This document shows, one piece after another, positions 45,750-55,036 of a DNA stretch of 64,000 bases; position 1 is the stretch's first letter; each line of letters starts with the position of its first letter. This DNA is from an uncultured bacterium (lineage in GTDB: Bacteria > Chloroflexota > UBA5177 > JANWHV01). The notes under the pieces are model-generated. The model saw nothing but the letters and a program-made list of their open reading frames with translations. It did no database searches and had not been told where the DNA came from. Made by a program: the position numbers and the translations under genes. The stretch covers positions 512,001-576,000 of the forward strand of contig CAWHAE010000009.1 in the NCBI GenBank assembly GCA_963827235.1. Direction: 5' to 3'.

Positions 45750-47549
45750 ATGGCACACGACGATACACGAGGACGCCGCGGCTTCGAGAGCCGTGGCAGG
45801 CAGGACGACCGCCCCTACGGTGGCTTCCAGAAGCGAGAACGAGATACGCGGCCCGGCCAGCCTAGCTTTGGCGGCGACCAGCGCGAGCGCACACCGTGGC
45901 GCGGCGAGAGGGGCAGCGGCGGGTCCGATACGCGGCCGGGCCGCTCCGCTCGGCCTCCATTCGCGCGCGAGACCCGCGAAGAAGGCTGGACGCCCTTTCA
46001 CGGCCGCGGCGAGCGCGACGGCGAGAGACGACCCAGCGATGATCGCGGCTTCCGTCCGGCGCCCGAGGGCGAGCGGCCGCCCTTCCGCGAGCAGCAGCGC
46101 TACAATGAGCGGCCGCCTTTCCGCTCCGATCGCCCCTCCTCCTTCGAGAACAGAGGAGACAACGATCGCCCATGGCAGAGAGAGCGTCGTGACGAAGGTC
46201 GCCCGAGCTTTGCCGATCGCGGTCAGAGCTCCGGTCGCAACGAACGACCAACCTACCGGCAGGGTCGTGGAGGCTATCGCCCATTCGACCAGGACCTTCC
46301 GCATAGCGAGCGCCCACAGTCTTCCTACCGCGGCGACCGACCCTTCCAGGGCCGTAGAGATGAGGGCGACCGCGGCTTTCGTCGCCCAGACGGCGACCGC
46401 CCGGCCTACCAGGACCGGCGTCCCTCCTATAGCAGTGACCGCCCCTTCGAGCGGCGCGAGGCAGACGGGGCGCCGTTTGCCGATGCCGGGCGCCCGCTCG
46501 GCACCGTCACCAGGGCAGGACGTAGCCCGGTCAGCCAGTTCGAGCGCATTCAGGCAGACGTCTACGGTCGCTGGCCCGTCCTGGAGTCCCTGCGGGCCGG
46601 CAATGTGGCCAAGATCTACATTGCAGCGGGTGTGAGAGATTCCGCCGACCACCTGCAAGAGATTCAGGCGATTGCCGCGGAAAAGCATGTCACCATCGTG
46701 CGCGTGGACCGCTTCGATCTGGACCGCGTGCTCGGTAACGTCAATCATCAGGGGATAGCCGCTGCTTGCCGCCCATACCAGTACACGGACTTTGAGGACA
46801 TCGTCGCGGCCGCCGGAAAGTCGGCGGAGAAGCCGCTGATCGTGCTCTTCGACGGCGTGCAGGATCCGCAGAACGTGGGCTCGATTCTTCGCACCGGCGA
46901 GGCGGTAGGTATCGACGGCGCCGTGCTGCCCAAGCACAACCAAGCGGCCGTCACCCCGGCGGTCGTTCGAGCCTCCGCGGGGGCGGTCGAGCACCTGCCG
47001 GTGGCCGAAGTGTCGAATCTACGCCAGAGCATTGCCACTCTCAAGGAGGCCGGCTACTGGATCGTCGGTCTCGACATGGAGGGAGGCACCGACTACGACA
47101 ACTTCGACGTCGATAGTGCGCTCGCCTTGATCGTGGGCGGCGAAGGGCGCGGCTTGAGCCGGATGATCTCGGAAGAATGCGACTACCTCGTGCGGCTGCC
47201 GATGCGCGGCAAGGTGGGCAGCCTCAATGCGTCGGTCGCCGCCGGCATCGTGCTCTACGAAATCGCTCGCCGGCGTGGTACAGCCGGACTACCGAAGAGC
47301 AAGCCGGCTGTCGAAGATAGCGTCGACGTCGTAGAGATTGTGGAAGCGCTTGCCGGCGAGGATCTCGATCTGCAAGAGGAGCTCGAGGCGGCCATCGACG
47401 CCGGCGACGCGGAAGGGACGGAGTCTCTCGTATTTGAGGAGATCTTCGAGGACGAATCCGACGAGGAACCTGACGTCCCCGGCGATGAGGTCCTCGAAGA
47501 CCAGGAGCAGGACGCTACGGACAGCGCCGAGGAGAACGACCAGCCCTGA
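45750..47549 (+). CDS. rlmB: 23S rRNA Gm2251 2'-O-methyltransferase (TrmH family) with long low-complexity N- and C-terminal tails
   Basis: NHQGIAA, DGVQDPQNVGSILRT, GGEGRGL, SLNASVAAG; follows cysS. Confidence 0.92.
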   Translation: MAHDDTRGRRGFESRGRQDDRPYGGFQKRERDTRPGQPSFGGDQRERTPWRGERGSGGSDTRPGRSARPPFARETREEGWTPFHGRGERDGERRPSDDRGFRPAPEGERPPFREQQRYNERPPFRSDRPSSFENRGDNDRPWQRERRDEGRPSFADRGQSSGRNERPTYRQGRGGYRPFDQDLPHSERPQSSYRGDRPFQGRRDEGDRGFRRPDGDRPAYQDRRPSYSSDRPFERREADGAPFADAGRPLGTVTRAGRSPVSQFERIQADVYGRWPVLESLRAGNVAKIYIAAGVRDSADHLQEIQAIAAEKHVTIVRVDRFDLDRVLGNVNHQGIAAACRPYQYTDFEDIVAAAGKSAEKPLIVLFDGVQDPQNVGSILRTGEAVGIDGAVLPKHNQAAVTPAVVRASAGAVEHLPVAEVSNLRQSIATLKEAGYWIVGLDMEGGTDYDNFDVDSALALIVGGEGRGLSRMISEECDYLVRLPMRGKVGSLNASVAAGIVLYEIARRRGTAGLPKSKPAVEDSVDVVEIVEALAGEDLDLQEELEAAIDAGDAEGTESLVFEEIFEDESDEEPDVPGDEVLEDQEQDATDSAEENDQP

Positions 47550-47575
47550 CCGACCGGTCCACCGATTGGTTCAGC

Positions 47576-47616
47576 CAGCAGAGGGCATTCCATCTGGAAC
47601 GCCCTCTGCTGTTGTT
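47576..47616 (+). terminator. Intrinsic terminator-like hairpin after rlmB
   Basis: CAGCAGAGGGC...GCCCTCTGCTG followed by TTGTT. Confidence 0.65.
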
Positions 47617-47657
47617 GTATCGACGTACATACCGGCACAGCTAAACGAGGAGGAGTC

Positions 47658-48227
47658 GTGACGAGAGAAGAAGCACTGGCCATCGTGCGAGAGTACATCC
47701 AGAATGAGGGCCTGGTCCGGCATTGCCTGGCCGTCGAAGCGGCTATGCGGGCCTATGCCACGAAGTACGAGGAAGACGTGGAATCGTGGGGCCTGGCAGG
47801 ACTGCTTCATGACTTCGATTGGGAGATCCATCCGTCCGCCGAATCCCATCCTCATATGGGTGCGCCCATTCTGCGCGAGCGCGGAGTGCCGGAGCCGATC
47901 ATCCAGTGCATCCTCACCCATGCCGATTACCTGGGCTATCAGCGCGTTACCCCCATGGAAAAGACCCTCTCGGCGGTCGACGAGCTGACGGGCATGATCA
48001 CGGCTGCAGCCCTGGTCAGGCCGACCAAGTCTCTGCATGACATCGAGGCTCCAGCCGTGCGCAAGAAGATGAAGGACAAGGCCTTCGCACGCCAGGTCAA
48101 TCGTGAGGAGATCGCGCGGGGTGCCGAAGAGCTGGGCATCGGTCTGGATGAACACATCGCGTTCGTGATCCAGGCGATGCGGTCCATAGCACCCGAGCTC
48201 GGCCTGGACGGATCGCTCGCCGTCTGA
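47658..48227 (+). CDS. HD/HDIG-domain metal-dependent hydrolase
   Basis: LVRHCLAVEAAM, GLLHDFD, DELTG, KDKAFARQVNREEI. Confidence 0.9.
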   Translation: MTREEALAIVREYIQNEGLVRHCLAVEAAMRAYATKYEEDVESWGLAGLLHDFDWEIHPSAESHPHMGAPILRERGVPEPIIQCILTHADYLGYQRVTPMEKTLSAVDELTGMITAAALVRPTKSLHDIEAPAVRKKMKDKAFARQVNREEIARGAEELGIGLDEHIAFVIQAMRSIAPELGLDGSLAV

Positions 48228-48229
48228 TG

Positions 48230-48585
48230 TTATCCCCGTCCCTACCTCGTATACGATCTATATCCAAGATATGTATGTAAAGATCGCCGTAGTGGTAGTA
48301 GAGGCGGGGAGAGAGGGGATAAGTACCGTGTCTCCAGAGAGAGCGGCTAGGCCGGCGACTGGGAGGAACTGTGGAGGAGCTGCGGACGAGATCGGGAGGA
48401 GCTGCGGATAAACCCGGATACCTCCCGGCACAGCTCCCCCGTCCGTCCGATTCATCCAGAACTTTCCCCAGAGGCGATCGGAATCACCCCCGGATTTGTC
48501 CGCCGCGGAGGCAGGATATCCGCAGGGAAAGCCCGGCTTTTCCACACCTCCCAGACTGCTCATGCGTGCTCGAGATTGTGGACAA
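48230..48585. other. oriC-like element: degenerate DnaA-box arrays, DnaA-trio-like repeats and AT-rich tract
   Basis: 8/9 boxes at 48403 (TTATCCGCA, -), 48538 (TTTTCCACA, +) and 48577 (TTGTCCACA, -); several 7/9 boxes; minus strand reads TTATCCCCT-CTCTCCCCG-CCT-CTACTACCACTACG then AT-rich. Confidence 0.55.
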
Positions 48586-49231
48586 TCAGCTGCTGCCACC
48601 ACTCGTTGAGCAGAGCGCAGGAGGCAAGGGCCCTTCCCGTCTCGGCATCGCCGTTGCGCCCGTGGCCGAAGTCGTTGACGAGTGCAACGGTCCAGCGCGG
48701 ATAGGGGCGATCGACGAGCAGGACAGGAAGCTGGGGCTGCAGCGATCCCTCCTGGAGGACGCGGCAGTACCAGCCCGTGCGGCCGGTCCTCGCTACCCGT
48801 GCCGTCAGTCCCTCGATGCCCCAACGGCGCTCGATTTTCCAGCACGGGTAGCGAGGACCGGTAACCTGGACACGCGCTTCGCCGAGCGCGTAAACATCGC
48901 CAATGCAGGCCGTCTCCTCGGAGAGGTCGTCGAGAGTGAGATTTTCGGCGAAGCCGCCCGGCCCCATCTCGGGCCGCCGCAGCTCTTCCCGCCAGAGCGG
49001 ATAGTGTTTCGCCGCGTAGAGCAGCACAGCCTGATGCGGCCGGCCGTGATTCTTCGTATCGGCCTGTACGTTGCCTTCCAGGTGCGTCGTGTAGAGCCAG
49101 CGTGGCCGCGGATCGGGCGTGCGAAAGAACGACGAGATCCACGGGCGGCCAGATTCCTCGGCGGCTGCCTGCTCGCCGTACTGCCGGGGCGCCCCTACCT
49201 GGAGGGCACTAATCACTCCTAGCTGCTGCAT
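48560..49231 (-). CDS. MOSC-domain protein (YiiM-like)
   Basis: ADTKNHGRP..AVLLY, GFAENLT, PRYPCWKI, GRTGWYCRVL. Confidence 0.92.
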   Translation of the reverse strand: MQQLGVISALQVGAPRQYGEQAAAEESGRPWISSFFRTPDPRPRWLYTTHLEGNVQADTKNHGRPHQAVLLYAAKHYPLWREELRRPEMGPGGFAENLTLDDLSEETACIGDVYALGEARVQVTGPRYPCWKIERRWGIEGLTARVARTGRTGWYCRVLQEGSLQPQLPVLLVDRPYPRWTVALVNDFGHGRNGDAETGRALASCALLNEWWQQLIVHNLEHA

Positions 49232-49257
49232 GTATGCTCCTCGTGGGCGAACGCGCG

Positions 49258-50439
49258 CTATCCTTCCTTGGTCGGAGGCACCGCTACCCAGCGCTCCTCG
49301 CGCGCGCTGCGCAGCAGGCTGTCGGCGATCACGTTCTCGCGATGGCCCGCGGCAAAGGTCGGGAAGTTCGGCTGGCGTCCGGAGGCGTAGCCACCGGCGC
49401 GGATGAACTCGAAGATAGCCCGCTGAATGGCCGTGTGAGAATCGGCAAACCCCTCGTCATGGCCGGCGGGGTAGCGGGCGACGGACTGTGCCGCCGGCTC
49501 GAGCAGGGCCGGATCCTTGATCAACACGCCATTGGCTCGCTCGCGGTAGCCGAGCCACAGCTCGTTCGGGCGCTCGGCGTCCCAGGCCAGAGATCCGCGA
49601 GAGCCATTGACCTCGATTGCCAGGTGGTTCTTGCGCCCCGCGGCCACCTGTGAGACCTGCATCGTGCCGTGGGCGCCACGGTCGAGCCGCAGCAGTACGG
49701 AGGCAGCGTCCTCGGTATCCATGGTTACCGGAGTGCGCTCTACGTCGGCCGTAGCGAAAGCCTGGACCGGTTTCGACGGCTTCTGGCGTACCGGAATGAA
49801 GGTGGCGAAGTCGGACATCACGCGCGTCACCGCCTGGCCGGTCAGAAACTGAGCGACGTCGAGCCAGTGCGATCCGATATCGCCCACCGCGCGGAGCATA
49901 CCTCCCTGGGCGCTTTCGACGCGCCAGTTGTAGTCGGTGTCCAGGAGCAGCCAGTCCTGCCAGTATCCGCCATGGACGCTGTACACGGTGCCGAGATCGC
50001 CTCGCTGAATCAGAGCGCGGGCATGCTGGACAAGGGGGTAGAAGCGAACGTTGAAGAGCACGGCATGGACGAGCCCGCTGGCTTCGGCCAGGGCAAGCAG
50101 CTCGGCGGATTCCGTGCTGTTCATGCCCAGCGGCTTGTCGCACACCACGTGCTTGCCCGCCGCCAGCGCGGCCTTGGCGGCCGGGTAATGCGTGGCGTTG
50201 GGTGAGGCGATGTCTATCACGTCGACGTCCGGGTCGGCAATCATCTCGAGGTAGTTCCCGTAGGCACGGGGCACGAACAGATCCGCGGCCTTGCGGACGG
50301 CCGATTCCTGCGACGAGCCGGCCAGGGCGACGATCTCCACGAAACCGAGACGCCGCATCGACTCGATATGAGCAGGACCGATGAAGCCTGCGCCTATGAT
50401 GCCGACGCGAATGGGGAGCCGAGAAGCACTGGCTGCCAT
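49258..50439 (-). CDS. Gfo/Idh/MocA family oxidoreductase
   Basis: IIGAGFIG, KHVVCDKPL, YWQDWLL..DYNWRV, DIGSHW; RBS GGAGG. Confidence 0.92.
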   Translation of the reverse strand: MAASASRLPIRVGIIGAGFIGPAHIESMRRLGFVEIVALAGSSQESAVRKAADLFVPRAYGNYLEMIADPDVDVIDIASPNATHYPAAKAALAAGKHVVCDKPLGMNSTESAELLALAEASGLVHAVLFNVRFYPLVQHARALIQRGDLGTVYSVHGGYWQDWLLLDTDYNWRVESAQGGMLRAVGDIGSHWLDVAQFLTGQAVTRVMSDFATFIPVRQKPSKPVQAFATADVERTPVTMDTEDAASVLLRLDRGAHGTMQVSQVAAGRKNHLAIEVNGSRGSLAWDAERPNELWLGYRERANGVLIKDPALLEPAAQSVARYPAGHDEGFADSHTAIQRAIFEFIRAGGYASGRQPNFPTFAAGHRENVIADSLLRSAREERWVAVPPTKEG

Positions 50440-50687
50440 AGAAGTACCTCCAGGGGAGACACAACAATTACTCATGCGGGACCGTCTGTGCTTCAACGTA
50501 GCAAAATACGCCGCACTGATGCACGGTGCAGGTACCGCCCCCGCCTCCCCAGGAGGGTGCATCGCGTACCATGAGTTGTGTTCTGTGCGCTCTGCGCGTC
50601 CGCATCCGGTACGCTCAGATAAGTCTCCAGGAGACGGCGCGAGCAGGGAGACGATAGAGGTATTGGGTCGGTGAGAAATGCAATCCG

Positions 50688-52133
50688 GTGACTGAGCCCC
50701 TTTTTGCCGGCGTCGACCTCGGCACGGCGAGGGTGAAAGTAGGTATCTTCGACGCCGCGGGCAGGCAGCACGCACTGCGCATTCTGCCGCACGCGGGACT
50801 GCTGACGGCGGAGCGCGGCGAAGTCGTGCAAGATGCCGCGCTGTGGTGGCGCGCCGTCTGCAAGGCCTTGCGGGCGGTCTGCGCCGAGGTCGACCTGGCG
50901 GCGATCAAGGCAATCGCGGTCAGCGGGCAGGGCCCCACGCTGGTCACTACCGATGCCCGGCTCCATCCACGCGGCCCGGCGCTCACCTGGATGGACAAGG
51001 ATAGCGCGAGCGAGGAAGCCGCGCTGCTGGGCAAGCAAATCGGCCGCGCGGTCGACCCGGGCCATCTCATTGCCAAGGCGCTGTACCTCAATCGCGTCGA
51101 TCCGGACCCGCATCGCTGCTGGTATTTCCAAGCCTGGGACTATATCGGCGCGCGGCTGTGCGGGGTGCCGCATGCTTCGGCCGCCTGGTTTGACGACGAG
51201 CTGAGCGCCTCCGGATTGCCGCGCGATCAGTTCCCACCGTACGTGCCGCCGGGAAGCGTGATCGGCGCCGTGAGCGACGAAGCGTCGGACGTCTGCGGCA
51301 TGCCGCCGGGGATACCCGTGGTGTCGGGCACCAACGATAGCATTGCCTCCTGTATCGGCAGCGGCCTCACGGAGAGAGGCGATGCGGTGATTCTCGGCGG
51401 CACCTCGGGCGGCTTCGTGCTCTGCTGGGATTCGGTGCCGGGGGCCTGGGCGCCGCCGCCCAACACCTACCCGGAGCCGCCGGGGCGCCGCTATCTCGGC
51501 GCGACCATTTCGTCCAGCGGCCTGGCCCTGGATTGGCTGGCCTCGATCCTTGGCGCTCACGACCTGGAGACGCTGCTCGTGCATGCCGCGGACGTGCCCG
51601 CGGGGAGCGACGGTCTCCTGCTCCTGCCCTACATTGCCGGCCTCTTTCTGCCGTATACCACCGACGAGCGGGCGCCGCTCGCGGACCCCTGGGCCCGCGG
51701 CGTGTTCTTCGGCCTGCGGGCGGCCCACGGGAGATCGCACCTGGTGCGCGCGGTGCTGGAGGGAGTCGCCCTGGCCATACGCCAGGTACGCGACGTGACC
51801 GTCGCCCAGGGCGGAGAGTGCACGGCCACGCTGACCGTGGGCGGGCAGGCGCATAGCAGGCTCTGGAACGAGATCAAGGCAGCAGTGCTGGGCGTTCCCT
51901 TGCTGGTGCCCGAAGTGATCGAAGCCGGCGCCCTCGGCTCGGCCTGCCTGGCAGCCACGGGAAGCGGCTACTATCCCGACGTGTGGACGGCCGCGCGGCA
52001 CATGGTGCACGTGGCCGTCAGGCTGGAGCCCGACCCCACAATGCAGGAGCGGTACGATCGCCTCTACAGAGACGTCTTCCTACCCCTCTACCCGCGCGTG
52101 AGAGACCTATTCCCTCGCCATAGCGCTCTATAG
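50688..52133 (+). CDS. FGGY-family carbohydrate kinase (xylulokinase-like)
   Basis: GVDLGT, GTND, LGGTSG, ERAP..DP.ARGVFFGL, RAVLEGVA. Confidence 0.9.
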   Translation: MTEPLFAGVDLGTARVKVGIFDAAGRQHALRILPHAGLLTAERGEVVQDAALWWRAVCKALRAVCAEVDLAAIKAIAVSGQGPTLVTTDARLHPRGPALTWMDKDSASEEAALLGKQIGRAVDPGHLIAKALYLNRVDPDPHRCWYFQAWDYIGARLCGVPHASAAWFDDELSASGLPRDQFPPYVPPGSVIGAVSDEASDVCGMPPGIPVVSGTNDSIASCIGSGLTERGDAVILGGTSGGFVLCWDSVPGAWAPPPNTYPEPPGRRYLGATISSSGLALDWLASILGAHDLETLLVHAADVPAGSDGLLLLPYIAGLFLPYTTDERAPLADPWARGVFFGLRAAHGRSHLVRAVLEGVALAIRQVRDVTVAQGGECTATLTVGGQAHSRLWNEIKAAVLGVPLLVPEVIEAGALGSACLAATGSGYYPDVWTAARHMVHVAVRLEPDPTMQERYDRLYRDVFLPLYPRVRDLFPRHSAL

Positions 52134-52153
52134 AACAGAGACGGGCAACCGCG

Positions 52154-52765
52154 TCAGAAGATGCCCAGCCAGCGCCGGCGGCCGCGGCTTTGCTCAGCCT
52201 GGCTTGCCTGTTGCGCCTCGGCCATGTAGCGGGCAAGCGCTACGGCTTCCTCGTGCTGCTTGAGTGACTGCGCATGCATTTCCTCAATGCGGCACTGCAG
52301 CGTGTCGATACGCTGCTCAAGGTGAAGCACGCGCGACTCGCGTTCCTCCAGACGGGTGCGATACTGGTCGGCGAGATCGTGCCACTCGTCGGCCGCCTGG
52401 CTGAGCGGGGCCAGCAGTGCCTGGAGCTGGTCGCTGAGCACCAGCGACGTGCTCTGATCGTTCGCCACCATCAGCTCGTGGCTCAGGTCAGAGGTATCCT
52501 TCTTCTGCTCCACGGCGTGCGCGCCCTGCGCCAGCCGCTCCTTGATCTCGCTGTAGGGAAGGTGATTGACGCGAAGGTCCCGCACAGTGCGTAGCACCCG
52601 CATGTCGTCTTCGGTGAAGAATCGAGGCTTGCCCGGCTCAGGATTGGCGGAGCTACCGAGATACTCCTTGAACTCTTCAACCCAGCTTCGCAGAGTATTG
52701 CTGTTCTTGTCCTGCAAGCCAAGCTGTGCCGAGGCCTCGCCGATTCGATAAAGGACTGGCTCCAT
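52154..52765 (-). CDS. MerR-like HTH + coiled coil + C-terminal amphipathic helix (RacA/RocS-like architecture)
   Basis: YRIGEAS.QLG...NTLRSW..EF...RFFTEDD; heptad region; ends GRRRWLGIF. Confidence 0.8.
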   Translation of the reverse strand: MEPVLYRIGEASAQLGLQDKNSNTLRSWVEEFKEYLGSSANPEPGKPRFFTEDDMRVLRTVRDLRVNHLPYSEIKERLAQGAHAVEQKKDTSDLSHELMVANDQSTSLVLSDQLQALLAPLSQAADEWHDLADQYRTRLEERESRVLHLEQRIDTLQCRIEEMHAQSLKQHEEAVALARYMAEAQQASQAEQSRGRRRWLGIF

Positions 52766-53015
52766 GTGCCTGACTATCCCCTCGCTTCCTGTACCTCAGC
52801 GAGTATAGCATAGGCGGCTATAGGTAGGGGTAGAATGCCTACCCTAGGGTGCGCAGAGCTGCTCCACCAGCGGCTTGGCAGCGCCATGGGCCAAATACAG
52901 CCGGCCCAGCCCTCATGCTCCTGCGAGCCCGCGGCGCGGAGCATGCCAAGTCCACCCCTGAAAGGACCGTGGCGACTGCCCCGTGGCCGCGCGCCGGCAC
53001 GCGAAGGGGCGTATA

Positions 53016-53031
53016 CGTTTCACGTGGAACG
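53016..53031. promoter_or_regulatory. parS centromere-like site
   Basis: CGTTTCACGTGGAACG; core GTTTCACGTGGAAC matches the bacterial parS consensus; intergenic. Confidence 0.8.
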
Positions 53032-53131
53032 TAGAGCACCCCAGGAGGCGAGTCACGTTGTACTATTGGAGGTGACCAAGCGTCATGATATAGTTGATGC
53101 GATTCTCATGCACGTGGCAGAAGGAGGGCTC

Positions 53132-53590
53132 ATGGCTGCCCGTATCCTCGTGGTCGACGACGACGAGCTGATTTGCGATCTGGTAAGTGAGACCCTGAAC
53201 TTCGAGGGCTACGACGTCGAGGCCGCATACAGTGGCGAGCAAGCTCTCAAGCGGCTGGAGACGAGCAAGCCGGATCTGATACTGCTGGATATCATGATGT
53301 CCGGCATCGACGGCTTTGAAGTCTGCCGCAGGGTGCTGAACAACGAGGCGACCAGGTACATCCCAATCATCTTCCTGACTGCAAAGGGCCAGTTCGAGGA
53401 TGAGCTGCGTGGCTATGAAGAGGGCGCCTTCGACTACATTACGAAGCCGTTCCATCCCCTGAGCCTGGCACCGACCATCAGGGAGACACTGGAGGCGCAG
53501 GGACAAAGCGAGCTGGAAGGAAAGCGGCAGAACAGAATCGAGAAGTTGCGCAGCCTGCTCAATCTGCGAGGCAGCACCGAAGCCAGCTAG
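53132..53590 (+). CDS. Response regulator receiver protein with short helical tail
   Basis: ILVVDDD, LLDIMMSGIDGFEVC, IIFLTA, DYITKPF. Confidence 0.92.
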   Translation: MAARILVVDDDELICDLVSETLNFEGYDVEAAYSGEQALKRLETSKPDLILLDIMMSGIDGFEVCRRVLNNEATRYIPIIFLTAKGQFEDELRGYEEGAFDYITKPFHPLSLAPTIRETLEAQGQSELEGKRQNRIEKLRSLLNLRGSTEAS

Positions 53591-53711
53591 ACCGCCGGTT
53601 TCGCATCGGCGGCGAGCCCGATCTGCCCTGCTGGGTACGGCTTGAGCGGAGTCCAGGAGAACGCCTTCAGTACACGGTGGTCCTTGCCGCCGCAGCGGGG
53701 AGTGGGGAAAC

Positions 53712-54992
53712 ATGGCCGCTATAGCGCCTGAAGAACTTCAGGAAATGATTCCGCCTCGTGTCAACTCGATCGAGGATACCGGGATCGACAGCAGCTTCAT
53801 CTCCGAATTGCTGCTCAAGCACATCTACTATGGCGGCGTTGTCGCCGGCGCGACCGTGGCCGCCAACATGTGCCTGCCCTTCTACCAGGTGGTCGAGACG
53901 CTGCTCGAGAGCCTCAAGACGCAGAACTACATCGAGGTACGCGGCAGCGCCGGCGTGCTCTCCACCACCTACCGCTACGCGCTGACCGATAAGGGACAGA
54001 ACAAGGTCAAGGAAGCGTTCGAGCGCAATACCTACGCCGGCCCGTGCCCTGTCACCCTGCAGGACTACACGTTCGCGGTGAAGCGGCAATCCATCCGCAA
54101 CGTGCTGATCACTCGCGAGCAGCTGGCGGTCGCGTTCAGCGGGCTGGTATTCAGCCAGGACACGCTCGATCAGATCGGCCCGGCAATCAACTCCGGCCGC
54201 TCCATCTTCCTTTTCGGCCCTCCCGGCAACGGGAAGACGACCATCGCCGAGGTGTCGGCTACGCTGCTCGGCGGCAACATCTACGTACCGTACGCGGTCC
54301 TGGTAGAGGGCCAGATCATCCGCGTATTCGACGAGGCGCACCACCATCGGGTAGGGGATACCGATCCGGAGCTGGTGGATCAGCGGTGGGTCTTCTCCCG
54401 GCGGCCCGTCGTGGTGGTGGGCGGCGAGCTCACGCTCAATGAGCTGGACCTGCAGCTATCCGAGGAAAGCAGGGTCTACGAAGCGCCTCTGCAGATGAAG
54501 GCGAATGCCGGCATGTTCTTGATCGACGACTTTGGGCGGCAGCAGATCTCTCCTCGCGCCCTGCTCAACCGGTGGATCATTCCGCTGGAGCGCCGCGTGG
54601 ACTACCTGACGCTGATCACTGGCAACAAGCTGCAGATCCCCTTCGACGAGCTGCTCATCTTCTCTACCAACCTGGACCCCAAGGACCTGATGGACGACGC
54701 GTTCCTGCGCCGCATTCGCTACAAGATCCACATCGTGCCGCCCACGATCGACGAGTTTCGCGAGATCTTCAAGCGCACCTGCGCGCAGCGCAGCATCGAG
54801 TACAACGAAGCGGCGCTCGGCTACATCTACAACGAATACTACGTGAAGCTCGGCATGCAGCTCCGGTCCTGCCATCCACGGGACCTGCTCGATCAGCTCA
54901 TGGACATCGCCCGCTACCTGCGCGTGAAGCCTATGCTGGCCAAAGAGCTTATCGACCTTGCCTGCAAGAGCTACTTCGTCAAGCTCGGATAG
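53712..54992 (+). CDS. AAA+ ATPase with N-terminal winged-helix-like region
   Basis: FGPPGNGKTT Walker A, IDDFGRQ Walker B, FSTNL, AFLRRI. Confidence 0.88.
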   Translation: MAAIAPEELQEMIPPRVNSIEDTGIDSSFISELLLKHIYYGGVVAGATVAANMCLPFYQVVETLLESLKTQNYIEVRGSAGVLSTTYRYALTDKGQNKVKEAFERNTYAGPCPVTLQDYTFAVKRQSIRNVLITREQLAVAFSGLVFSQDTLDQIGPAINSGRSIFLFGPPGNGKTTIAEVSATLLGGNIYVPYAVLVEGQIIRVFDEAHHHRVGDTDPELVDQRWVFSRRPVVVVGGELTLNELDLQLSEESRVYEAPLQMKANAGMFLIDDFGRQQISPRALLNRWIIPLERRVDYLTLITGNKLQIPFDELLIFSTNLDPKDLMDDAFLRRIRYKIHIVPPTIDEFREIFKRTCAQRSIEYNEAALGYIYNEYYVKLGMQLRSCHPRDLLDQLMDIARYLRVKPMLAKELIDLACKSYFVKLG

Positions 54993-55036
54993 AGCATGGA
55001 GCAGCGCCTCTCGAGCGCTGCGGCCCGGCTGGTGTG

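Noticed and set aside
48350-48420. GGAGCTGCGGA repeats as a CRISPR array
   Set aside because: Only two 11-bp copies 22 bp apart, no spacers or cas genes; fits phased DnaA-like boxes. No CRISPR array seen anywhere in the window
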